The notes under the pieces are model-generated. The model was not told the DNA's origin, ran no database searches, and saw nothing but the letters and a program-made list of their open reading frames with translations. From NCBI GenBank assembly GCA_963704755.1, contig OY969938.1:3840001-3872000 (forward strand): a DNA stretch of 32,000 nucleotides. The letters run 5' to 3'. The stretch is from an uncultured Chloroflexia bacterium (GTDB lineage: Bacteria > Chloroflexota > Anaerolineae > Anaerolineales > Anaerolineaceae). Made by a program: the position numbers and the translations under genes. Positions 24,648 to 32,000 of the stretch are shown here, in pieces; position 1 is the stretch's first letter, and each line of letters starts with the position of its first letter.

Positions 24648-25442
24648 ATGTCGATTGATCAAACGGCCAAGAAGCCGGTCATATTATTAGCGGGCATGCC
24701 TCGCGCGGGGACAACTTGGTTTTTCTATTTATTAACCGACCTGTGGAAAACGGCGGGGGGCGAGGACGCCCGTGATTTACGCTCCGCATATCATCTTGAA
24801 AGGTATATGAGCCGGGGGAGTGCAAACATTGCTACCGTTCTCCCGGATATGTACAAGGTGCTCGGGCCCTACCGGCAGGGGCATACTTACGTGCTCAAAA
24901 CCCACGATTCGCCCGCGGTTCACCGCAAGCGGCTTCTGTCGCAAATCGTAATGCGCCGTTTAATCGACCGGGGGATATTCAAACCGCTGTACATTTATCG
25001 CGACCCCCGCGATGCCATCCTTTCGGCCTACGAATATGGTATCCGGCGAAAAGAATCTGGCAACCCGAACATGTTCTCGGTCAAAGTCCAATCGATCGAC
25101 ATGGGAATCAATTGGATGGCGGTCGAGCCATTGGTCAACATGAATTACTGGCGCAACATGCCGGGCATCTATGTAACCAGCTACGAAGATTTAACCGCGA
25201 ATTATTTTGAGCGGACTGCCAAAGTGATCGACTACCTGGGGCTGGATAACGATTCGGAAGCCGTGCAGGCCGTCATTCAAAAATATAGGCCGGGTGTCCG
25301 TGCAGGAGAATCCCCGGTCGGCATGCATTTCTATAAAGGCGTGGCCGGCCGCTTTAATGAGGTTTTCAGCGAATCCCAGAAGACTTGCTGTAAAGAGCGC
25401 TTCGGCGAAGTTTTGGAAGAGCTGGGCTACCCGCTGGAATAA
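24648..25442 (+). CDS. Sulfotransferase-family protein (PAPS-dependent type)
   Basis: 264 aa. It has the 5-prime-PSB-like motif GMPRAGTTWFF, the 3-prime-PB-like motif YIYRDPRDAILSAY and a C-terminal HFYKGVAGRFNEVF block. Confidence 0.8.
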   Translation: MSIDQTAKKPVILLAGMPRAGTTWFFYLLTDLWKTAGGEDARDLRSAYHLERYMSRGSANIATVLPDMYKVLGPYRQGHTYVLKTHDSPAVHRKRLLSQIVMRRLIDRGIFKPLYIYRDPRDAILSAYEYGIRRKESGNPNMFSVKVQSIDMGINWMAVEPLVNMNYWRNMPGIYVTSYEDLTANYFERTAKVIDYLGLDNDSEAVQAVIQKYRPGVRAGESPVGMHFYKGVAGRFNEVFSESQKTCCKERFGEVLEELGYPLE

Positions 25443-25556
25443 TACCGTACCTTTCCGTCATTATTCCAGGGCCAGGCTAATTTTTTCCCCAGCGGCGTTG
25501 ACGGAACGGAACGAACGGAACCAGTCAGTTCCTGAATTGATCTGGCTGATCTTATC

Positions 25557-26156
25557 TCAATTTCCGATGGTGCCGCGATCCTCAATCGGTTCGCCGATCA
25601 TTCGTTGACCGCCGTTGTCGTGGCATTGGCTGCAGAAATCGATTTGCTCGCCATGTGATTTGTGGCAGGTGCTGCAGGCGAGTTCCCCATTATGGGAATC
25701 GTGAGGGTTCCTGTATAAGTAGTCGGTGAGTTCGGCAACATGCTCGTATGAAATGTGGCATTTGAGGCACATCTGGTCGTCGAACTGCCGCTGGGCCAGG
25801 TTGCCGCTCTCGTCCACCGTATAATTGCCGGTGATAAACTTGATTCCCAATTCGATCTCGGCCGTCAGGGGGTAGTCGTGGCAATCTTTGCACTGTACCC
25901 CGGCCTGTTGGTGGACGTGATCGAGATTAGAAGATGTCTGGTAGGATGTAACGTTAGCCTGCATGATGTGACAGGTGGCGCAGAAGGTAGAATTGGTGTC
26001 GGAGAGATGGACTACATAAGACCCGGCAATGAACAGGACGATAACGACCGCCACCGCGATATTGGCACCGATACTAATTTTTGGCCAATTAAGCTTTTTC
26101 CTGGGTTGACTCCCTTTGGACTCAGGGGTTTCGAGTATTGGATCTTCTTGTGACAT
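25557..26156 (-). CDS. Membrane-anchored multihaem c-type cytochrome, NapC/NirT/CymA-like, with five CXXCH motifs
   Basis: 199 aa. It has one N-terminal TM helix (ISIGANIAVAVVIVLFIAGSYVV) and the haem motifs CATCH, CKDCH, CLKCH, CSTCH and CSQCH. Confidence 0.85.
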   Translation of the reverse strand: MSQEDPILETPESKGSQPRKKLNWPKISIGANIAVAVVIVLFIAGSYVVHLSDTNSTFCATCHIMQANVTSYQTSSNLDHVHQQAGVQCKDCHDYPLTAEIELGIKFITGNYTVDESGNLAQRQFDDQMCLKCHISYEHVAELTDYLYRNPHDSHNGELACSTCHKSHGEQIDFCSQCHDNGGQRMIGEPIEDRGTIGN

Positions 26157-26189
26157 GATAGCCTTAATGGTTCGAGAGGTATAAATCAG

Positions 26190-26251
26190 AAAAAAGAAGC
26201 CTGGTAGAGGCCCAGACCTGTCGGTCTGATTTGAGTAAGGTCTCTACCAGG
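26190..26251 (-). terminator. Intrinsic-terminator-like hairpin between the reductase and cytochrome genes
   Basis: On the minus strand, CCTGGTAGAGA...(internal CAGACC/GGTCTG hairpin)...CCTCTACCAGG is followed by CTTCTTTTTTCTG. Alternative pairings are possible: AGACCT (26214-26219) with AGGTCT (26238-26243), or CAGACC (26213-26218) with GGTCTG (26223-26228). Confidence 0.5.
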
Positions 26252-26271
26252 AAGAGGGACAAAAAGATGGT

Positions 26272-28013
26272 TTATGCCGCCGAAGTGGCCCCTTTGGCAA
26301 TGTCGCGACCGGTTGTATAACCAAAAGTCACACAAGTCGCGCCAAGGTTCCCACCGCAGGTGAGGAAGTTGTAGATATTTCCCCAGAAATCACCGACCAT
26401 TGTGCCGACATTGTACAAGCCGGGGATTGGCTGGTCGTTCTCATCACATACCTGCATGTTGATATCTGTACGCAAGCCGCCCAAGACCGTCAGGAAATCA
26501 GGGGTGTCATCTTCTACGCCATAGAACGGAGCCGCTTGAATGGGGAAGAGCAAATCCTTGCGTTTGAAGAAATCCTCATCAACCCCTTTTGTACAAAGTT
26601 CATTGTAACGATCTACAGTGGCTTTCGCCGTATCCGCGGGTAAGCCCAATTTCTGGATTACCTCTTCGATGGTATCGGCCTTTACCAGAGTGCCACTCTC
26701 CACCTGTTTCTCCCAATTTGCGACGATATTCTCTGGAGGAACAGGATCCGCACCATATTTCATCCCAAATGTATGCCAGGGAGCTGCATTTTCTGCATAA
26801 TTTGAATCCCAGATTGCATAGATCTTCATTTCGGGCTGGTGCATTTGGGTTATTCCGGCAAAGGACTGATTGATGTCTTCGTTCCCATAGCGAATCCCGT
26901 TTTTATTCAATAACAGACCTCGGTGGAACCCATACGGTAGGTTTTGGGGGGGATATGCCTGTTTGGCTGCGATCATCGGGGCATTAGGATAGGTTTTCTG
27001 CCAGGCTGCCCCCACCCATAGGCCCATTTTTTGGCCGTCTCCCGGGAAAATACCACCCCACTTAACGCCCGTATCGTATCCCTGTGATCCGGTATCGTAC
27101 AACAGCGGGAGTACGGTGGGACAATATTTTGCCATCATTTCCATGTCTGCTGAAAAGTCGCCAGTCGCCAGGACAATAGCGTTTGTCCCTACGTATTTAA
27201 CATATTTACCATCTTCACCCTTGGCAATGACTGCCGAGACCCGCCCAGTATTGTTATCTTCCCGGACAAGCTGTTCGGCCACCATCTGGTAGATGATTTG
27301 AACACCTGCATCGGTTGCCGTCTTTGCCAGGGTGTCAACCACAAACTGCTGGCCCGCACCAGTCATTTGCATGTCTTCACTTAACCAGCAATGTGAGCCG
27401 GCTGGTTGAAACATTGGTCCAAGGTTGGTATCTGTATTGCCGATCTCCAGCGCTGTTTCATATCCGGCCGCTTCCATTTTATCTATCAACCAGTTCATGG
27501 CTTCTTCGTCATATTTGGCATATTTCCACCATTTATCCTGGTCTACGTTGTATCCGGCAGCCGCCAACTCTTTTCGAATCCATTCATCCGGATCGGTAAT
27601 GGGCACGCCCATTTTTTGCATAAACTTGCTGTTCATGGCATGGTTCGAACCACCCCGTGAGATGTTCCCCTTGCTTGCGGAGATTAAACTTCTTTGGCAC
27701 CATTCTCGGCAGCCGAGTTGGCACATACCAATCCAGAGGTTCCTGCGCCAACGATGATAATATCGGCCGTTACCGTATTGGTGATCTCGCCATCGGGGAT
27801 TGGATCCGGAGGAATCTCGAAACTCCATTTTTGGGAAGCCATAGCCGCATTCATCTGCCCGGCAGTAACCTCATTTGCCGCGCTGGTGGGTTGAGCCGTA
27901 CTGGCAACCTTTGGGGAACAACTAATCAAGATCTCGCTACCAGCCACAACGGCTACCCCTTTGATAAAATCGCGCCTGGTCAAGCCATGCTTCTTGCTCT
28001 CGTTCTCACCCAT
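26272..28013 (-). pseudogene. Tat-exported lipoprotein FAD-dependent reductase (fumarate/urocanate-reductase flavoprotein family), split by a frameshift near 27685
   Basis: The N-terminal fragment (27684-28013) has an AAAAGGAGTGAAAG RBS, the Tat motif TRRDFIKG, a lipobox-like LISC and the Rossmann motif IIVGAGTSGL, then ends ...AENGAKEV*. The next frame continues LISASKGNISRGGSNH..., exactly where the paralog reads QLGAQVILLESQEKTGGNG. The C-terminus is ...GGNLGATCVTFGYTTGRDIAKG. Confidence 0.75.
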
Positions 28014-28063
28014 CTTTCACTCCTTTTCTCAATTATCAGAAATAAACTGCCTTCAATTTCTTT

Positions 28064-28136
28064 CAGGTTAACCAGGAGAGGCAATCCATCTTCCTTACGA
28101 CCGCCTTTTCCTGGGAGTTTCTTCCTGGTTAACCTG
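28064..28136. repeat. Perfect 14-bp inverted repeat between the two reductase paralogs
   Basis: CAGGTTAACCAGGA (28064-28077) pairs with TCCTGGTTAACCTG (28123-28136), separated by 45 nt. No U-tract on the minus strand. Confidence 0.8.
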
Positions 28137-28171
28137 ACTTTCTGTGAAAGATTTGCCTCTGCTGACGGCTA

Positions 28172-29728
28172 CTAAATCATTGCAACTGCATTCTTGGCTG
28201 CAGTCCTTCCGGAATTAATATTGTGACCATTCATAGACCCCGGTTTATTGATGGTGTATGTCTCCCGATACATCTCGCATGCATCTGTCCCCACCGAATA
28301 GAGGCCGGGAACAGCCACTCCAGCCCCATCTATGACCTCCATCTTGCGATTGATTCGAATCCCGCCAATCGATGTGGCATAACCTATATTTTGCCCAAAG
28401 ATGTAATATGGAGGCTTTGTCAAAGCAACCATCATTTCGGTTGGTTTATTAAAATCTTCGTCGGCGCCTTTGTCGCATAATTCGTTGTAGTGGCTGATTG
28501 TGGCAGCGAGCGAAGTTGGATCGATCCCGGCTTTGGTGGCCAGTTCTTCGATCGTATCCGCCTTGAAAAAGACCTTGTTTTCGTTTTTGGTGATGGCGTC
28601 CTCGACATCGTCGATCAAAGTATCGGCATTGCTGGAAAGTTTTTCAATGAGACCATGATCAACGACTGCAAAAGATTTCTCCTGTGAGGTAATCGCATTG
28701 ACGGCGTATGCGTCCATGTAAGTGGTGCCAATATCCTCCCTGACGTAGCGTTCACCATTTTCGTTAACCCATAAGGAATATTTCCCGTTTAGCTGTGATG
28801 CCACAGTCCCCAGGAAACTCAACCCATTAAAGGTCGGTACCCGCAAGAAAGTACGATTTGGAGTAACGTCCACACCGCCGGCGGAAAGGGCCATCCGTAA
28901 GCCATCGCCATTATGCCCGGGGTAGCCAATATATTTATTCTTCACCAGATCGTGCCCCCTGGCGCTCATCATCTCGGCATTTTGTGCATATCCGCCAGCA
29001 GCCAGAATTACGGCTTTACAATTAATTTGGAGCAAGGTTCCATCTGCTTTGGTCGCATAAATCCCCACGACCTTTCCGTCTTCCAGGATCAGATCACTCG
29101 CAGCAGTCTTGGTCAGGATCTGTACCCCTAATTCCTGGGCTTTGGCTGTCATCGGTTCGCCGTAATTGGTTCCCTTTCCGTCCTTCCACCAATGGAAGGA
29201 TTTGACAATGCCCATACCATGATAATCGTCCACCGTACCCGAGAAGAGCACACCGTTTTCTTGTAACCAATCGATGTTGTCGGCAGAGGCCTCAAACATA
29301 TCTTTCCAGAATAATGAATTCAAGCGGTAGTTGAAGGTCAGGTTTTCTTCGTCGACGACATCGATGAGTTTGAAGTCAATACCTGCATCCTTTTGCATCT
29401 TGCTTCCGGCTGCAAAGATGCCCTCTGTAGCCTGGCCATTCCCGCCTGTCTTCTCCTGAGATTCCAGCAGAATAACTTGTGCACCCAGTTGTGCAGCTTG
29501 AACCGTTGCGGCCAGACCGGAGTTTCCACCGCCCACGACGACAATGTCCGTTGATTGAGTTTCTGAAACGGCTGGCTTTGTTGCAACTGGTGTAGGCGAA
29601 GGTGCATCGCTGGAGATTTGCTTGGGGCTGCAACCTTCTAACAAACCAATGGTAGTAATGCTTGCCGCACCTACCGCGGCGTCCTTCAAAAACTTCCTTC
29701 GAGAAATCGTATTGCTTTTATTTTCCAT
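28172..29728 (-). CDS. Tat-exported lipoprotein FAD-dependent reductase (fumarate/urocanate-reductase flavoprotein family)
   Basis: The ATG at 29728 is preceded by GGAGGAAAGAGA. It has the Tat motif SRRKFLKDAAVGAA, a lipobox-like LLEGC, the Rossmann motif IVVVGGGNSGLAA...LLESQEKTGGNG and a C-terminal GGIRINRKMEVID...PGLYSVGT block. The ORF-track GTG at 29773 is an unsupported extension. Confidence 0.85.
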   Translation of the reverse strand: MENKSNTISRRKFLKDAAVGAASITTIGLLEGCSPKQISSDAPSPTPVATKPAVSETQSTDIVVVGGGNSGLAATVQAAQLGAQVILLESQEKTGGNGQATEGIFAAGSKMQKDAGIDFKLIDVVDEENLTFNYRLNSLFWKDMFEASADNIDWLQENGVLFSGTVDDYHGMGIVKSFHWWKDGKGTNYGEPMTAKAQELGVQILTKTAASDLILEDGKVVGIYATKADGTLLQINCKAVILAAGGYAQNAEMMSARGHDLVKNKYIGYPGHNGDGLRMALSAGGVDVTPNRTFLRVPTFNGLSFLGTVASQLNGKYSLWVNENGERYVREDIGTTYMDAYAVNAITSQEKSFAVVDHGLIEKLSSNADTLIDDVEDAITKNENKVFFKADTIEELATKAGIDPTSLAATISHYNELCDKGADEDFNKPTEMMVALTKPPYYIFGQNIGYATSIGGIRINRKMEVIDGAGVAVPGLYSVGTDACEMYRETYTINKPGSMNGHNINSGRTAAKNAVAMI

Positions 29729-29778
29729 TCTCTTTCCTCCAGATTTCGAATTTATAAAATGCTTTCTATTCACTCGTT

Positions 29779-30046
29779 CCCTCCACGCCTGTGGAGGCTA
29801 ACTTACCCAACTTTAACGATCGATACTTGTTACGATGACGAATCCACCTTTGCAATCGGATTGCGACGTTTTTAACATTCCCATCCCGCAAGCGACCATA
29901 TAAATATGGCAAAGGTGGATCATTGATCCGAGATTATTCTTTTACCCTCCACAATCTAATCTGATAATATAAGCCCCATTAAAAATCCAATACCACTGAG
30001 AGCCATAAAGCAAGGCGTTGAAAACGCCTCGCTGCAGGCCCTCCAC
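29779..30046. promoter_or_regulatory. Iterated CCCTCCAC octamers and palindromes in the reductase-regulator divergent control region
   Basis: CCCTCCAC occurs at 29779-29786, 29945-29952 and 30039-30046. The first copy is half of the hairpin CCTCCAC-gcct-GTGGAGG (29780-29797). There is a 12-bp inverted repeat ATCCACCTTTGC/GCAAAGGTGGAT (29842-29853 and 29909-29920). Palindromes are GCAATCgGATTGC (29852-29864), CCATATaaATATGG (29896-29909) and GGATCAtTGATCC (29917-29929). Confidence 0.5.
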
Positions 30047-30426
30047 TTATGGAATGTTTTCTTGTGGGTCGTTGTTAATTCGGCAATTTATACCTTTCAA
30101 TGATGAATGGCGTGTCTAACCCTTATCGAAAATTTAAACTAAAAACTGGAAAGCACATTACTCAGTAGCTTTCCCCCCTTCGGGCTTCAATATTTGAGGA
30201 CCATTTATTCGAACATTCGGAGATAGGGACTGGTGAGCATCTTCGTTTATTTCAAAGCACACTCCACCTATTTTTCTGCTTACCAGGTTAATAAGGAGTA
30301 CTTACACCTGGCGACCTCAAACCGATGAGCAATTCAGTGGAGCGTGTATTTAGCCATAGTATAGCCCCCATATCCCAGGCTCTAAATCACACACTGTGGG
30401 TGATCGGCATGTGATTTTAATGTGAT

Positions 30427-30481
30427 GGGGAGGCAAATCATAGAATATGCATAGGAAAATCAATATTCTATTTGTCTCCCC
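30427..30481. promoter_or_regulatory. Inverted 12-mers GGGGAGRCAAAT forming an imperfect long hairpin upstream of the regulator gene
   Basis: GGGGAGGCAAAT (30427-30438) pairs with ATTTGTCTCCCC (30470-30481, reverse complement GGGGAGACAAAT). An inner 9-bp stem is ATAGAATAT/ATATTCTAT. Confidence 0.45.
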
Positions 30482-30619
30482 TGAGTTCTAATGATAAGAT
30501 AGGTGCGTACCTTCTCTGTTTAGAAAACCCCCAGCTCTCTTGATAAGTAGTCACGGCTCTAGTGTAATTGGTCTATCAATTCACGATCTATTGGAATTTT
30601 AATGGCCTGATCCTCCTCA

Positions 30620-32000
30620 ATGAAAACAACAAGTGAAAATCCATTTATTCCTGAAGTTACGATCCAACCTTACCCGGCCACCAAACTACAGGTTCCGAAA
30701 TTAACCACTCCTAATGTGCAGCGGCCTCGCCTCCTCCAGGCCCTGAACAACGGAAGTAACAAGAAGGTTACACAAATCATAGCCCCTACAGGATATGGAA
30801 AAACGACCTTATTATCCAAGTGGCTATTAACAGTGCGATCGCTCAATTTTCTTTTCGCATGGATTACGCTCGATTCAAGCGATAACGATTTGCTTTCTTT
30901 CTGGATGTTATTGTTGAGCGGGATACGAAAAGCTTATCCGAACTTCGGAGTAAATGCCAAACAGATCCACAACGACCCAATCGATCTGGAAGAATATACT
31001 GTCCTTAATCCGTTCATCAATGAAATTGCACAGATCCCGTCGCAGGTGTATTTAATCCTGGATGATGTTCAGGAAATTACCGATAATCATATTTTTCAAA
31101 GTCTCTATTACCTGATCACTCATCAGCCTGCGAATATGCACCTTATTCTCTCCAGTCGTGAGAACCTGCAAATCCCATTGGCGCGGTTGCGTGTACAGGG
31201 ACAATTGGTGGAAATTAATTCCAGAGACCTGGCATTTACACAAGGCGAGGCTCGGGCGTTCCTTATTGAATGTATGAAGCTAAAGATCGAGCCCGAGCAA
31301 CTTCAGCAAATTATCGACACAACTGGTGGATGGATAGCCGGGCTGAAATTAGTTGCTTTTGCCATTAAGCAGCAAAACGATGCCCATTTTTTGGACAACC
31401 ATTTGGATTTAGGGAAGCAATGGATTCTGGAATATCTCACCGAGGAAGTTATCAATCGGCAAAGCGAGGATATTCGGAATTTCCTCTTGAAGACTTCGAT
31501 TTTATCCGATTTGTCTGCTCCTCTATGTGACGCCGTTCTCCAGCGGTCCGACAGCCAGGTTATTCTCCAGCAGATCGAAAAAGCCAATTTATTTATTGAT
31601 AATTTAGACGTAGAAAAGCATTGGTACCGTTACCAGGAATTATTTGCTCAACTGCTCAGAACTTTACTCGAGCGCACTCAACCCGAAATTGTTCCGGAAT
31701 TGCACCACCGGGCACATATCTGGCTAATCAGAAACGGTTATCCTGATAAGGCGATAACGCACGCCTTATCCCCGCAGGACCTTGAGAATACTGCCAAAAT
31801 GATGGATGAAAAAACCATCCAGGTCATCATCAAAAACGACCTGGTCGATTTTGTCCATTGGCTCGGTCGCTTTTCTAATAATCTCTTCGATAATTATCCC
31901 GATTTGTGTGTTCATTATGCCCTGGCAAATCTTGCTTCTGGGCGGTTCGCTGTGGCGGAAAAGGCTTTACAAAAGGCCGAAGACGTCCTCAACAACTTCG
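30620..32000 (+). CDS. MalT/LAL-family (large ATP-binding LuxR-type) STAND regulator, N-terminal 460 aa; 3-prime end lies outside the window
   Basis: This ORF is absent from the ORF track because it has no stop within the window. It is the first ATG after an in-frame TGA at 30608. It has Walker A APTGYGKTTL and Walker B YLILDDVQ, plus MalT-type blocks WITLDSSDNDLLSFW, TGGWIAGLKL, FLLKTSILSDLSAPLCDAV and LFIDNLDVEKHWYRYQELFAQLL. The frame stays open to 32000. Confidence 0.85.
   Translation, partial: MKTTSENPFIPEVTIQPYPATKLQVPKLTTPNVQRPRLLQALNNGSNKKVTQIIAPTGYGKTTLLSKWLLTVRSLNFLFAWITLDSSDNDLLSFWMLLLSGIRKAYPNFGVNAKQIHNDPIDLEEYTVLNPFINEIAQIPSQVYLILDDVQEITDNHIFQSLYYLITHQPANMHLILSSRENLQIPLARLRVQGQLVEINSRDLAFTQGEARAFLIECMKLKIEPEQLQQIIDTTGGWIAGLKLVAFAIKQQNDAHFLDNHLDLGKQWILEYLTEEVINRQSEDIRNFLLKTSILSDLSAPLCDAVLQRSDSQVILQQIEKANLFIDNLDVEKHWYRYQELFAQLLRTLLERTQPEIVPELHHRAHIWLIRNGYPDKAITHALSPQDLENTAKMMDEKTIQVIIKNDLVDFVHWLGRFSNNLFDNYPDLCVHYALANLASGRFAVAEKALQKAEDVLNNF

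Noticed and set aside
25496-25525. Short tandem ACGGA/ACGAA pentamer run (GACGGAACGGAACGAACGGAACC) between the sulfotransferase and cytochrome genes
   Set aside because: There are only about four imperfect units. Only a 5-bp hairpin is nearby, and the region has no clear function. I treated it as low-complexity spacer at a convergent gene junction.
29729-29773. GTG-initiated 15-codon extension of the intact reductase
   Set aside because: The ATG at 29728 has a near-ideal GGAGG 8 nt upstream. It also places the Tat motif at a normal distance from the N-terminus.
30620-32000. Interpreting the STAND NTPase as an antiphage Avs/NLR-like defence protein
   Set aside because: The sequence carries the specific MalT/LAL blocks (LDSSDND..FW, GGWIAGLKL, FLL.TSIL..L...LCDAV, LF...LD....WYRYQELFA). 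It also sits divergently from a catabolic or respiratory operon, the normal context for a transcriptional activator. No effector domain is visible, although the C-terminus is outside the window.

Overview
This 32-kb bacterial window falls into three blocks that differ in composition and function.

**1. Bases 1-13.1 kb (GC-rich): a Wzx/Wzy-type surface-glycan cluster.**
- The plus strand carries a nucleotide-sugar dehydrogenase fragment, a UDP-GlcA-4-epimerase-like SDR, a Wzx-like flippase and a GT4 transferase.
- These are followed by two very large polytopic GT-C-like membrane proteins of 1160 and 866 aa.
- The opposite strand carries an O-antigen-ligase/Wzy-like protein, a Wzz-like chain-length determinant and a lipoprotein.

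**2. Bases 13.1-20 kb: housekeeping genes separated by unusually structured intergenic DNA.**
- The genes are an aldo/keto reductase, metG, an NfeD-SPFH pair and a RimI-like GNAT.
- One spacer holds an 81-bp tandem repeat, a 33-bp-stem hairpin and an inverted partial repeat copy.
- A 1.1-kb ORF-poor, AT-rich gap carries several perfect 21-26-bp hairpins.

**3. Bases 20-32 kb: an accessory region that becomes progressively AT-richer.**
- It holds a SWIM mini-protein behind a promoter-terminator leader, a frameshifted GT87/DUF2029-like transferase, a DUF5679-like zinc ribbon and a PimA-like GT4.
- It also holds a secreted EXLX-type expansin and a sulfotransferase.
- The most interesting candidate is an orphan extracytoplasmic respiratory module. 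It consists of two paralogous Tat-lipoprotein FAD reductases (one frameshifted) and a membrane-anchored five-haem NapC/NirT-like cytochrome.
- A divergent MalT/LAL-type STAND regulator, which runs off the window, faces this module across an 846-bp ORF-free control region with iterated motifs.

I recognised no rRNA, tRNA, CRISPR array or transposase. The gene content suggests a Chloroflexota-like (Anaerolineae-type) organism, but that is only a guess. All calls come from reading the sequence and the supplied translations by eye. No searches or computations were run.
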